Positions 38,551 to 48,704 are shown, numbered from the stretch's first letter. The stretch is DNA of 64,000 bases from Bacillota bacterium (GCA_029224465.1 JAQXUQ010000020.1:30006-94005); one strand, 5' to 3'. A program made the numbers and translations. Notes: a model not told the origin generated them from the sequence alone.

Positions 38551-39789
38551 CTACTCTTCTGTCTTCGGAGCGTACTTCTGCGAAAGATCAAGAAATTCCT
38601 GCCTCGGAAAGACAATTCCCTCTCCGAGATTATTAATCACAATGCCCGTCATCTGCTCCGCGGGAATTCTTCCGATTACATTCACAATTTCCCTGTAATT
38701 CATAATATTCGGAGCGGCCGTCCCCATAAACGACGACTTTGCGAACTCTTCCTGATCCGTATACAGAGGCAGGAATTCGGCTGTCTTGCCGTCCTTTGCC
38801 TTGACGCGGAGGGGAAGGACATTGACGATCATATTCTTCTCGGCAGTTCCCATCCGTGTACGGACTTCGGAAGCTTCGAGCGGCTTGCCGCTATCTTTAT
38901 CAAGAAACTGCACAGGAAGAATGAAACGGGAAGCGATCGTCTGCTGCTCCATAAACGTGCGGAACGCGTCGATCCGCTTCTGATGATTGTCATACTTCAC
39001 GGGCCAGCTCGCCTCGCCCTTGAACTCCAGCATGGCTCTTACGAGTGCCGGCGCTTCCAGCGGACGCTTGTCCTCATTCAGGAAGAACGGCGGGGCCACA
39101 ACTTCGTCTCTTTGAATCGCCCAGCGGTACCATCCGTTGTCGACCATGATCCTGTCAATACCGAGATTAAACAGTCTCGTGAAGAAGCGGCTCTCCTTAT
39201 CCGATCCGCACCCCTGCACTTTCAGCACGGTTACCCTGCGGTACAGCTTTCCGAACAGTTCCGCCGCTTTCTTCGCGTGCTCTTCCGAAAGATAGAGCTG
39301 TGCAAAGCCGTCAAACAGGAACGGATACAGATACTGCGTTTTCTTCGCGGCATCGACAGCGCCGGTAGCAAGGTCAAACAGGACATAATACGTTTCCGCT
39401 TCCTGCACTCTGCGGAGCAGCTCGTTATACAGGACTCTGTCATTTTCCTGAAAATGATCCAGAGCGCTGTATCTGTTATAGGCAGGATACGAAGCCTTCA
39501 GGAACATAAGTTCGTGAAGCGGGAGCTCCGCAAGCACTTCCGGATCAAGCTTCGGCTCGTAAACCAGCTGTCCCAGCTCGTCTTTTCGTTCATCGGTTAG
39601 CGGATCCTCGGGCTTCAAAACAGTTCCGTCCGCCGCCCGCATCTGCGAAACCGGTAAGTTTACCGGCCAGCGCAGGTCTTTATGCGCTTCCTTCTGCCTT
39701 TTCACATAGTCGTCATGCGCTTCCTTTTTCTGCGCCTGCTCAGCAGCTTCGATCTCCTGTTCCTTCTTTTTTCTGTTAAACAGCCCCAT
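38551..39789 (-). CDS. Hypothetical protein, probably SseB-family
   Basis: C-terminal LPLYTDQEEF...GIVIN pattern resembles SseB-type domains; RBS before MGLFNRKKK. Confidence 0.55.
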   Translation of the reverse strand: MGLFNRKKKEQEIEAAEQAQKKEAHDDYVKRQKEAHKDLRWPVNLPVSQMRAADGTVLKPEDPLTDERKDELGQLVYEPKLDPEVLAELPLHELMFLKASYPAYNRYSALDHFQENDRVLYNELLRRVQEAETYYVLFDLATGAVDAAKKTQYLYPFLFDGFAQLYLSEEHAKKAAELFGKLYRRVTVLKVQGCGSDKESRFFTRLFNLGIDRIMVDNGWYRWAIQRDEVVAPPFFLNEDKRPLEAPALVRAMLEFKGEASWPVKYDNHQKRIDAFRTFMEQQTIASRFILPVQFLDKDSGKPLEASEVRTRMGTAEKNMIVNVLPLRVKAKDGKTAEFLPLYTDQEEFAKSSFMGTAAPNIMNYREIVNVIGRIPAEQMTGIVINNLGEGIVFPRQEFLDLSQKYAPKTEE

Positions 39790-39917
39790 GTACCCGCTAT
39801 CCTCTTTTCCGTTCCGTAATATTATCCAGTATAACGTATCCGTATACACTTGTGAAGAGAACCTGTGCCGCACGGAAACGCCGCCGGCAAGGCTCTGTTT
39901 GTTCCGCACCTTAGAGA

Positions 39918-40220
39918 TCAGATCTCAAAATCCAGGCAGACCCGGCTTTTGGTATTCGGTCGCACCACGCCGTTCGCGACCGCAAGGTGATCAGGATGCA
40001 CCGCGTATCCTTTTAAAGCCTCTGCATTTTCAAACGTTGAATCCAGCATCAGATCCGCGTTTGAACTGTCAAGATGCTCCGTCTGCACATGAATTTCCAC
40101 AAGTCCGGGAATTCTGCCCTGCAGTCCTTCCAGACCCTCTTTGATTTTCCGGGCGGTCTCCACCCTCTCCTCTGTCGAAAATTCATCTTTCAGCTGCCAT
40201 AGAATTATATGTCTGACCAT
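39918..40220 (-). CDS. Dabb (stress-responsive A/B barrel) protein
   Basis: MVRHIILWQLK, GRIPGL, FENAEALKGYAVHPDH, CLDFE. Confidence 0.9.
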   Translation of the reverse strand: MVRHIILWQLKDEFSTEERVETARKIKEGLEGLQGRIPGLVEIHVQTEHLDSSNADLMLDSTFENAEALKGYAVHPDHLAVANGVVRPNTKSRVCLDFEI

Positions 40221-41160
40221 TTTTCTCCGCCTCCTTTTCTGCTTCCGCTGCATCCGCCGCCGAATCCGGAATAATATCAATATAACACTGATCGAAGCGT
40301 CCGCGGAGCCTCTCATAAATTGCCCTGTTCGCCTTCGCCAGGTGCTTTACCGAAACCAGATCCGATTCACTGTTGATATAGATTTCAATCCATGTTTTCC
40401 TTCCTGTTCTGATTACTTCCAGAAAAGTAATCTCGCAGGAATACTTTGAGAGCTCTTCCTCGGCAATCTTTCTGACTTCTTCCACAACCTCTTTCGGCAC
40501 GGAAAAAAGGAGCAGCTCTTTCATGTTTGTATGAATTGCCCGCACCGGTTCAACAAGCAGCAGCAAGGTCAGAGCAATCGCCACAGCGGGATCCATATAC
40601 GGGATCAGAAAATCCGCCTTCGTTCCCTTTAAAAACCATGTTAACAGAAAGGCGGCGGCTATGCCAAGGCTTGAAAATATATCCAGCTTCCAGGCATAAA
40701 GCTCCGACCTGATAATCTCAGATGCGTATTTGTTGCTGAAATAACGAAGGAACAGATACACCACAAGGCAGCCGGCCGTGATCGCAATTTCAAAAGACGC
40801 AACGTCTTCCGCCTTTACCATATGACCGCCCGACAGAATCAGACGTATATTCAGAATGATGGTTGTTACGCAGACGGTCAGCAGGACGCCGTATTTGATG
40901 ACAATGAACAGCGATTCCACCTGCCCGTAGCCATACGGATGGCGCTCGGTTTCCGGTTTGTACAAAAGCGGGATCAAGAGCAGGAACGGACCGATCAGTA
41001 CAAGGTCCACGCCATCAAAAAGACAGTCCATCAGAATCGTATGCGAACCCGTCGTAATAAAGGAAACAAGCTCTGCCGCCACGAACGCGGCACTGCCAGC
41101 GAAGGAAAGCCGCATGGCGTGTTTTTCAGTTCGAAGTTTCTTTTCTTCGGAAGATTTCAT
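40183..41160 (-). CDS. Cation diffusion facilitator (CDF) family transporter
   Basis: About six hydrophobic segments, HPYGYGQVE motif, DPAV, cytosolic C-terminal domain with RTGRK. Confidence 0.85.
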   Translation of the reverse strand: MKSSEEKKLRTEKHAMRLSFAGSAAFVAAELVSFITTGSHTILMDCLFDGVDLVLIGPFLLLIPLLYKPETERHPYGYGQVESLFIVIKYGVLLTVCVTTIILNIRLILSGGHMVKAEDVASFEIAITAGCLVVYLFLRYFSNKYASEIIRSELYAWKLDIFSSLGIAAAFLLTWFLKGTKADFLIPYMDPAVAIALTLLLLVEPVRAIHTNMKELLLFSVPKEVVEEVRKIAEEELSKYSCEITFLEVIRTGRKTWIEIYINSESDLVSVKHLAKANRAIYERLRGRFDQCYIDIIPDSAADAAEAEKEAEKNGQTYNSMAAER

Positions 41161-41178
41161 AAAAGGTATATTGAATAA

Positions 41179-42027
41179 TTATCGTATTGTCGTGGGATCC
41201 ATTGCGTCCCGGAGCGCGTCTCCGATGAAGTTTACACAGATGACGAGAACCACGATCATCAGTCCGGGACTCAGCCACATCCAGGGCATCTGTGTAAGAA
41301 CCGTGATCGACTCCGCGCCGTTTAAAAGGTTTCCAAGACTTGCGTCCGGCGGCTGCACGCCCATACCGAGAAACGAGAGCGTTGCCTCATCCAGAATCGA
41401 GATTGCCATGACGCTGGTCGCGAAAACCAGAATCGGAGCAATGGCATTCGGCAGAATATCGCTGGCCATGATATAACGCTGCGGCATGCCTGCAATGACG
41501 GACGACTTGACAAAATCCTGCTCTTTGAGAGCCATCACGTTGCCGCGGACGAGCCTCGCAACGCCCGGCCAGTCCACAAAGCCGAGAATCAGAATAATAT
41601 TCCACATGCCGGGCTCAAAAATCGCACCGGCCACCAGAATCAGAAGGATATATGGAAACGACATAACCATGTCTGTGAACCGCATGATCATCATATCCGC
41701 GATCCCGCCAAAATAGCCTGCGATCAGACCGAGAATAACGCCAATCCCGGTCGATAACACTGTCGCAAGAAAACCGACCAGAAGTGATACGCGGGTACCG
41801 TACAGAAGACGGCTCAGCATGTCACGGCCGATCGAGTCCGTGCCGAGAAAGTGTGCGGCGGAAGGAGGCGCCGAAAACTCCGGGTTGATCGCATTAGGAT
41901 CATACGGGGAAATAACAGGCGCGAGCACCGAAAGTACGACAATCACCGCTACAATGATCAGGCTCACAACGCCGGCTTTATGATATTTGAAACGCCGGAT
42001 CACCGACTGCAGATAGGTTTCTTCCAT
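41179..42027 (-). CDS. Opp/Dpp/Nik-family ABC permease (OppC type)
   Basis: HFLGTDSIGRD..SRLLYG.RVSL, EQDFVKS, ILPN, LSFLGMG..PP. Confidence 0.94.
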   Translation of the reverse strand: MEETYLQSVIRRFKYHKAGVVSLIIVAVIVVLSVLAPVISPYDPNAINPEFSAPPSAAHFLGTDSIGRDMLSRLLYGTRVSLLVGFLATVLSTGIGVILGLIAGYFGGIADMMIMRFTDMVMSFPYILLILVAGAIFEPGMWNIILILGFVDWPGVARLVRGNVMALKEQDFVKSSVIAGMPQRYIMASDILPNAIAPILVFATSVMAISILDEATLSFLGMGVQPPDASLGNLLNGAESITVLTQMPWMWLSPGLMIVVLVICVNFIGDALRDAMDPTTIR

Positions 42028-42039
42028 TTTATTTCCTCG

Positions 42040-42987
42040 CTACTCATAGCGGACCGAAGGATCCGCGAACGCGTACAGGATATCCGTCAGCAGGTTCCCG
42101 AGAAGCACAACAACCGCGGACAGCAGACAGACGGCCATGATCACCGGATAATCTCTCTGCAGGATCGCGTTCATGGTCATCAGTCCGAGTCCCGGCCAGG
42201 AAAACACCTGCTCAATGACAATGGAGCCGCCGAACAGGCCCGGAATTTCCATACCAATGACCGTGATAATCGGTATCAGGGCGTTCCGGAGCGCGTGCTT
42301 GTAGATCACCAGAAACCTTCCGATTCCCTTCGCCTTTTCGGTCCGCAGATAATCCTTGTTCAGAATCTCCAGCATCGCGGAGCGGATATACCGTATGTTG
42401 CGTCCTGCCATACCGAAGGCAAGTACCAGCACCGGCATAATCAGATACCGTATCTGCACGCCGCTGCCGGCAGATCCGAGCTGGCGCATGCCGCCGGAAG
42501 GCAGCACCCCCAGCCGTACCGTAAAAATATAGATCAGGACCATGGCCATAAAGAACTGTGGAACACTCTGCCCTAAAAATGCCGCCGTAACAATCGCGTA
42601 ATCCCTGCGGGAATGCTGATGCACCGCGCTGAAGACGCCGCCTGCAACCGCAAGAACAAGGCTGATCAGCAGCGCGCTTCCCATCAGAATGAGCGTCGGT
42701 CCGATATGCGTTCGGATCATCGAAGATACGGATTCATATGTCTTATAGGAGTAGCCGAAATCCCCCTTGAGAACCTGCCCGAGCCAGCGGACGTACTGCA
42801 CAGGCACCGGTGCGTTGAGACCGAGGTTCTGCGCTTTCTGCGCCAGAACTTCCTTCTGCACCTTCGGACCGCCGCTGATGATCTGGATCGGATTTCCGGC
42901 CATTGTCATAATCGCGAAATCAATGATTGTGATTCCGAAGAGGACGACAAGCGAGGTCAGAAGCCGTTTTACGATATATCTTGCCAT
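42040..42987 (-). CDS. Opp/Dpp/Nik-family ABC permease (OppB type)
   Basis: GDFGYS, DYLRTEKAKG, HALRNALIP, EQVFSWPGLG, QRDYP. Confidence 0.94.
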   Translation of the reverse strand: MARYIVKRLLTSLVVLFGITIIDFAIMTMAGNPIQIISGGPKVQKEVLAQKAQNLGLNAPVPVQYVRWLGQVLKGDFGYSYKTYESVSSMIRTHIGPTLILMGSALLISLVLAVAGGVFSAVHQHSRRDYAIVTAAFLGQSVPQFFMAMVLIYIFTVRLGVLPSGGMRQLGSAGSGVQIRYLIMPVLVLAFGMAGRNIRYIRSAMLEILNKDYLRTEKAKGIGRFLVIYKHALRNALIPIITVIGMEIPGLFGGSIVIEQVFSWPGLGLMTMNAILQRDYPVIMAVCLLSAVVVLLGNLLTDILYAFADPSVRYE

Positions 42988-44016
42988 TCAATGTACCTCC
43001 CCGTCCTGGTCCCAGTTCCTGCCCTCCTGCTCCGCAAGAACTTTCCAGCAGGCGCAGAGATGCGGTGCACTATCATCCGCATTCAGCAGCGGTTCCTGAT
43101 TTCTGCAGATATCTTTCGCGTAAGGGCAGCGGTCATGGAAGCGGCAGCCGGACGGCAGATCGATCGCCGACGGAACTTCACCCTGCGGTGTAAGTATCTC
43201 CTGTCCCCGCTTCATAGGATCCGTGGAAGGAACCGCGGACAGCAGCATCTTGGAATAAGGATGCTCCGGATGATGAAAAACATCCGCGGCACTGCCGATT
43301 TCAACGATTCTTCCAAGATACATGACCGCGGTCCTGTCGCTGACATAATGTACGGCGCCAAGTCCGTGCGCGATGAAAAGGTAGGTAATGCCAAGATCCT
43401 TCTGCAGCGAACGCAGGAGATTTAAAATCTGCGCCTGAATGGACATGTCAAGGGCAGATACCGGCTCATCGCAGACAATGACGCTGGGGCGCAGTGAAAG
43501 CGCCCTCGCGATCGTAATCCGCTGCCTCTGGCCTCCGGAAAATTCGTGCGGATAGCGTTGTTTTGCGTTCTTGGGAAGACCGACCATATCAAGCAGCTCA
43601 TCCACCCGTGCCGCCGCGCCGTCTCTGCTTACAATGCCGTGATAAAGCATCGGCTCGGAAAGTATGTCATACACGCGCTTCCGCGGATTCAAAGAGGAAT
43701 ACGGGTCCTGAAAAACCATCTGCAGCTGCGTTCTGACACGTGCAAGCTCTCTTCCCTTCAGAAGTGACAAATCCTGTCCCTGATAAAACACTTTCCCTGC
43801 CGTCGGCGCCTCTATGCCGACAAGCATTCTGCCGACCGTGGATTTGCCACAGCCGGACTCTCCGACAAGCCCGAGCGTTTCGCCTTTGTACAGGGAAAAG
43901 CTTACATCAGACGCCGCGTGAACGGCCTTTCTGCGGGAAGGAAGCAGGGAACTGCTCCGGATCGGGTATTCTTTTACAAGTCCCTCGGCTCTGACGATCA
44001 CGTTTGACTCATTCAA
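42988..44016 (-). CDS. Opp-family ABC ATPase (OppF type)
   Basis: GESGCGKST, FSGGQRQR, CDEPVSALD, HPYS..LL, GCRFHDRC. Confidence 0.95.
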   Translation of the reverse strand: MNESNVIVRAEGLVKEYPIRSSSLLPSRRKAVHAASDVSFSLYKGETLGLVGESGCGKSTVGRMLVGIEAPTAGKVFYQGQDLSLLKGRELARVRTQLQMVFQDPYSSLNPRKRVYDILSEPMLYHGIVSRDGAAARVDELLDMVGLPKNAKQRYPHEFSGGQRQRITIARALSLRPSVIVCDEPVSALDMSIQAQILNLLRSLQKDLGITYLFIAHGLGAVHYVSDRTAVMYLGRIVEIGSAADVFHHPEHPYSKMLLSAVPSTDPMKRGQEILTPQGEVPSAIDLPSGCRFHDRCPYAKDICRNQEPLLNADDSAPHLCACWKVLAEQEGRNWDQDGEVH

Positions 44017-44992
44017 CGCTGTCCTTTACCTCCATCGCTTTGAAGCATCTGACATGATGACCGGCCACTGGTTCCAGAAGCTCCTGATGCCTGCCGCAGG
44101 CTTCCTCCGCGTACGGACAGCGGTCCATGAAACGGCACCCGGTCAGATCCGTATAGTTCTCCGGCACAATTCCTTTGATGGCAGCCAGCGTCCTGTCTTC
44201 CTCATCATCAATTCCCGGCGCGGAAGCAAGCAGTGCCCTCGTATACGGGTGGAGAGGTGTTTTGAAAAGCTCGAACACATCCGCCTGCTCGATGATCTGT
44301 CCCGCGTACATGACAAGGACCCGGTCCGCCGTCTGCGCAATCAGGCCGATATCATGCGTGATCAGTATCATCGACATTCCCATTTCCTGTGTCAGGTTGC
44401 GCATCAGCTTCATGATCTGCGCCTGAATCGTCACATCCAGCGCGGTTGTCGGCTCATCCGCAATGAGGAGCTTCGGATTACAGGACAGGGCAATCGCGAT
44501 CATCACGCGCTGGCGCATACCGCCGGAAAGCTCACCAGGATACTTTTTCATTGTCTGTTCCGGGTCCGGCACCGCCACCTTCCGCAGCATGTCAAGTGCC
44601 ATCCGCCTTGCCTGTTTCTTATCCTTCGTAATATGCTTCCGGATCGATTCCGTCAGCTGGCTTTCAATTGTAAATACCGGATCGAGACTTGCGAGCGCGT
44701 CCTGAAAAACCATCGCAATATCCTTGCCGCGGATTTCATCAAGCTCTTTTTCCGGAAGACGAAGCAGATCCTTTTCCTCAAAAACAGCACTGCCCTTTAA
44801 CACACTGCCGTTCTTCGGAAGAAGTCCCATGACCGCCAGATTACTCACGCTTTTTCCGCAGCCGGATTCTCCGACAATTCCCAGAATTTCGTGTTCTCCT
44901 ACTTCATAGGAGATATCATCCGTGACAATCCGGTCTCCGAAATCACTTTTGAATCGGACTCTGAGGTCTCTGACTTGTAAAACAGGATCCAT
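44009..44992 (-). CDS. Opp-family ABC ATPase (OppD type)
   Basis: GESGCGKSV, LSGGMRQR, ADEPTTALD, HPYT, GCRFMDRC. Confidence 0.95.
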   Translation of the reverse strand: MDPVLQVRDLRVRFKSDFGDRIVTDDISYEVGEHEILGIVGESGCGKSVSNLAVMGLLPKNGSVLKGSAVFEEKDLLRLPEKELDEIRGKDIAMVFQDALASLDPVFTIESQLTESIRKHITKDKKQARRMALDMLRKVAVPDPEQTMKKYPGELSGGMRQRVMIAIALSCNPKLLIADEPTTALDVTIQAQIMKLMRNLTQEMGMSMILITHDIGLIAQTADRVLVMYAGQIIEQADVFELFKTPLHPYTRALLASAPGIDDEEDRTLAAIKGIVPENYTDLTGCRFMDRCPYAEEACGRHQELLEPVAGHHVRCFKAMEVKDSVE

Positions 44993-45018
44993 TTCTTTCC
45001 CTCTCCGGTATGTTTATA

Positions 45019-45058
45019 AAAGGCGCAGCCGTGGCGTCTCCACCACTTCTGCGCCTTT
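45019..45058 (-). terminator. Hairpin between the solute-binding protein and ATPase genes (partial terminator or mRNA stabiliser)
   Basis: AAAGGCGCAG...CTGCGCCTTT 10-bp stem, followed by TTTTAT on minus. Confidence 0.55.
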
Positions 45059-45109
45059 CCGCATAATAATACAGTCACCGCGGATCAGATGTAAAGAATT
45101 TCCGGAAGA

Positions 45110-46798
45110 TTATTCCGCGATATCCCACTCCTGAATGTTGTTGTAAGAACCGTACAGAGAAGGTGACGCGTTCTGCAGCCGGCTGCTGACAACGCCGAGA
45201 TTGCTCATAAAGTACAGCGAGAACATCGGAACATCCTCGATCATCTTGTCATCTACCGTCTTGTAAAGCTTCTTCAGCTCATCTTCGGAGGAAGCCGTCT
45301 GCGTGGCGGCAAGCGCCTTCGCAACTTCCGGATCCTGGTAGCCGCCGGTCCAGGACTGCTCGGCATTCACAAGAGAATTCTCATCCGCGTAGAAGTCCGC
45401 AGGCGTAATCGTATACTGCACCGAGAATACATCCACATCATCTGTGCCCGCGACGCTCATCAGCGTTGCGAAATCGACTGTGTTGATTTTGACTTTAATG
45501 CCGGCCTGCGCGAGTTCCTGCTGCATAATCTGCGAAGCCTTAACCGCAAAATCATCCGAAGAGCTTACATAATACTGCAGCTCGGTTGAAGAATCCCATT
45601 TACCATCGGAAACCGCTTCGTCCACAAGTTTCTTCGCGTCCTGCGGATCATACGGAATGGTCGCTTTGGAGGAATCATAAAGAGGAGAACCGCTCATAAC
45701 AAAACCGTCTGTGATCTCACCGTGTCCTCCGAGGAGTGAGCTTAAAATTGTATTTCTGTCAATCGCTTCGACAAATGCCTTGCGGACTCTTGCGTCCGTT
45801 ACCTTCTTTGTATTGAAGAAGGTCATTTCGTTTGTGACGGGCTCTGTCCAGACAGCCTTGACACCATCCAGCTTTTCCACAGCATCACGGTCCGTAGCAG
45901 GAATGGCGCCGGTCGAAGGATTGATGAAATCAATTTCTCCGGATTTTAGACCCGCAAGCAGCTCCGAGGGCTGCACGATTTTGACGTTCAGCTTGTCGAT
46001 CTTCGGCGCGCCGAACATATATTTATCGTTCGCATGATAGCTGATATAGTGCGCGCTGTCATAGGAATCCAGCACATAAGGTCCGTCAACAACGTCCGGA
46101 TGATTGAACCAGTCATAGGTAAGCAGATCCTTTGCCGGAACATCCTTCAAAACATGCGACGGCAGAATGCAGATCCATGTCGCGACATTATTGAGGAAGG
46201 TATTGAGGGACATCGGCGTCGTCGCGATGAAATCCAGATTCTTGTCATCTATCTTTTTCAGGCCGTCAATCGATTCTGCGCCGGAAGGAGAAGCGCCACC
46301 GTCAAAGCCTTTGAACATCGAAAAATCGAAATTGTAGTTTGCAACTTCCGGGCTTGTCATCCGCAGAATCGTAAAAATGACATCATTCGACGTAACAGGC
46401 TGTCCGTCGCTCCAGTTGGCGTCGTCCCTGATTTTAATATGGAATGTCAGATTGTCGTCTGTCGTAATGCTCTCCGCGAGCATGTAGTCCACACTGTTCT
46501 GCGAGTTGAACGAAGCAAGCGGCAGAAACATCAGACTCGTGGAGTACAGATTGATAAATGTCCAGTCCATATTCAGGGGGTTCAGCGTTCCGAGCTGGTC
46601 GGTTACACCGATGTTGACAATTTTCTCTCCGGGAGCCGCCGTATTTGCAGCTTCCGAAGTCCCCGCCTGCGTGGATGTTTCCGCGGCAGGAGCGGATTCC
46701 GCAGCCGTCTTCCCGCCGGTGCTGCCGCAGGCGGCGAGGGCAGCTGTCAATGACAGGGCAAGAACAGCCGCAAGTGCCTTTCTGATACCTTTTTTCAT
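45110..46798 (-). CDS. Family 5 (Opp/Dpp/Nik) solute-binding lipoprotein
   Basis: Lipobox LAA-C, WSDGQPVTSNDV, GPY, VRKA...AIDR; RBS GAGGAG before ATG 46798. Confidence 0.93.
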   Translation of the reverse strand: MKKGIRKALAAVLALSLTAALAACGSTGGKTAAESAPAAETSTQAGTSEAANTAAPGEKIVNIGVTDQLGTLNPLNMDWTFINLYSTSLMFLPLASFNSQNSVDYMLAESITTDDNLTFHIKIRDDANWSDGQPVTSNDVIFTILRMTSPEVANYNFDFSMFKGFDGGASPSGAESIDGLKKIDDKNLDFIATTPMSLNTFLNNVATWICILPSHVLKDVPAKDLLTYDWFNHPDVVDGPYVLDSYDSAHYISYHANDKYMFGAPKIDKLNVKIVQPSELLAGLKSGEIDFINPSTGAIPATDRDAVEKLDGVKAVWTEPVTNEMTFFNTKKVTDARVRKAFVEAIDRNTILSSLLGGHGEITDGFVMSGSPLYDSSKATIPYDPQDAKKLVDEAVSDGKWDSSTELQYYVSSSDDFAVKASQIMQQELAQAGIKVKINTVDFATLMSVAGTDDVDVFSVQYTITPADFYADENSLVNAEQSWTGGYQDPEVAKALAATQTASSEDELKKLYKTVDDKMIEDVPMFSLYFMSNLGVVSSRLQNASPSLYGSYNNIQEWDIAE

Positions 46799-46837
46799 CC
46801 TTTTTCTCCTCATGATTTCTATAACAACATGTAATCC

Positions 46838-47512
46838 CTATCCGTTTTTCTTCCGGAACTTCCGGATCAGGATCTGCTGTTCATCCACTTCCGGCGTCAG
46901 CTTGTCGCTGTCGCCCGCTTTATAAAAGATCGCCGCGCATTTACCTTCCGAATTGATCAGAGAATAGGTGCCGCGCACCTCACTGTCAAGCACGGAGAAC
47001 TCGACCATGCGATTGTACTCCTTCGGATGATCCTTCACGTCAAGGATCTTTCCGTGCGAATTCTCGTCCCGGACACAGACCGGATTTTCCTCATAATACG
47101 GATCGAAGATATAGGCGTATTGATCGTCCGCGTGTGTCACCAGAACGTAATGGTCGCAGCCGTACGATACGCGGATGACCGCGACCGCGTTGTCATGCTG
47201 GAGCTGTTTTCTCAGCTTGGAGGTCTTGTGAAAGCTGACCGAAGGACCCTTTAAAAACGAGCAGCTGATCGGAAATCCGGTGGTCGCCCGGTAATCATTG
47301 AACCAGTCCGCGACAAAATGGACCGCATTGTTGGAAGTGCCGCCCCTTCCGGGTATGCCGTTGCAGTTCACCTTGTCCATCGTCAGCATGTATATTATCT
47401 TGATGACACCGGGCGGAAGCTCCTCCCTGTCAAAAAGATAGATCAGTGCGTCCAGAATCGCTGTCGGCCCGCAGTCATATTCCGACATCTGATAACGAAG
47501 TGGATTCTTCAT
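46838..47512 (-). CDS. Stand-alone C39-like (papain-fold) cysteine peptidase
   Basis: QMSEYDCGPT (Cys codon 47471-47473), DHYVLV (His 47150-47152), IFDPY (Asp 47102-47104); no signal peptide or TM. Confidence 0.75.
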   Translation of the reverse strand: MKNPLRYQMSEYDCGPTAILDALIYLFDREELPPGVIKIIYMLTMDKVNCNGIPGRGGTSNNAVHFVADWFNDYRATTGFPISCSFLKGPSVSFHKTSKLRKQLQHDNAVAVIRVSYGCDHYVLVTHADDQYAYIFDPYYEENPVCVRDENSHGKILDVKDHPKEYNRMVEFSVLDSEVRGTYSLINSEGKCAAIFYKAGDSDKLTPEVDEQQILIRKFRKKNG

Positions 47513-47558
47513 TCCGCAAGCTGTTCCTTTCTTCCCGCGTCCGCTTCTTACTGCAGGA

Positions 47559-48704
47559 TCAGTCTGTGTCAACTGTCATCAGTTTTTTTACAATCGCTGT
47601 ACATTGTACCATTTCCAGAACAGTTGTCCACTCTTTTGTTGTATGCGCATCGTGCATGGGATTCGCGATGCAGATCCCGTCGATTCCCCTTCTTCTGACT
47701 ACGTTGCAGTCGCTTCCGCCGAAATTCTTTTTCGATCCGTGCGGAATGGAAAGCCGGTCCAGTACCTTCCGGTAATGCAGGAGGGCGGGATCATCCTCCG
47801 CAATGTGATATGCGGTCAGATGCACTGTATAAGTACATTCGCAGGCAGCACCAAGCGCTTCCGCCTCCTGCCGGAATGCCGCAGCCGTCTTCTCATATAA
47901 AGAGAGCGCGTCCTCATGAATAGAGCTTCGGATTTCACCGCGGACAATGACCTTGTCCGGTACGATATTGGTCTGCGTCCCGCATTCGATCCGGCCGATG
48001 TTCAATGTGGAATGATCGTCCGCTCTTCCAAGCGGAAGGCGGCTGATCGCACGCGCGGCGGCCAAAACCGCGCTGATTCCCTTCTCCGGCTCAAAACCGG
48101 CATGTGCCGCTCTTCCATGAACCGTCATTGTAAAAGACAAAAGCGTCGGCTCCTGCGTTGAATACGAGCCGATTACATCGCTGCAGTCGAGGGCAAATGC
48201 CTGATCCGCCCTGCTGCAAGAAAAATCAAATGCGGACGATCCTGTCGTGTACGCTTCTTCCGCCGTGCAGAACAGCAGCTCTATATTGCCGTGCGGCAGC
48301 TTTTCTTCTTTTATTTCACGAACCGATTCGAGGATGCAGGCCACCGCGGAAAGATCATCCGCTCCAAGTACGGTGGTCCCCCCGCTCGTGATTCTGCCAT
48401 CCGCATGAATCACAGCCTCTTTCCCGATTCCGGGTTCTACGGTATCCATGTGTGCCATGAATAATAAAGTCTGCGTCTTTTCCGGACGAACGCCTTCCGC
48501 GGGAATAACTGCAAAAAGGTTTCCGCTGTCCGATCCTGTCCGCTTCGCGGAGTCATCTTCCAGGACGCTGATGCCCAGATCCTGCAGTTCCCTGCGGATT
48601 CTGTCCGCCATCTTCCGCTCTTTGAACGAAACCGAATCTATACGGACCAGTTCTGTAAAATTCCGGATCAACCGCTCTTTATGAATATCACTGTAGTCTG
48701 CCAT
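47559..48704 (-). CDS. M20 family metallopeptidase (PepT/tripeptidase-like)
   Basis: AHMDTV, LGADD, AEE, ALD, HGRAAHAG, GGSD, MHDAHTTKE. Confidence 0.92.
   Translation of the reverse strand: MADYSDIHKERLIRNFTELVRIDSVSFKERKMADRIRRELQDLGISVLEDDSAKRTGSDSGNLFAVIPAEGVRPEKTQTLLFMAHMDTVEPGIGKEAVIHADGRITSGGTTVLGADDLSAVACILESVREIKEEKLPHGNIELLFCTAEEAYTTGSSAFDFSCSRADQAFALDCSDVIGSYSTQEPTLLSFTMTVHGRAAHAGFEPEKGISAVLAAARAISRLPLGRADDHSTLNIGRIECGTQTNIVPDKVIVRGEIRSSIHEDALSLYEKTAAAFRQEAEALGAACECTYTVHLTAYHIAEDDPALLHYRKVLDRLSIPHGSKKNFGGSDCNVVRRRGIDGICIANPMHDAHTTKEWTTVLEMVQCTAIVKKLMTVDTD

Noticed and set aside
37747-39600. 617-aa plus-strand ORF, and other long antisense ORFs (6892..7959, 10091..11176, 15513..16688, 50272..51501)
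   Set aside because: They lie opposite well-supported genes, have no recognisable motifs or RBS, and are the expected stop-poor shadows of GC-rich coding sequence.
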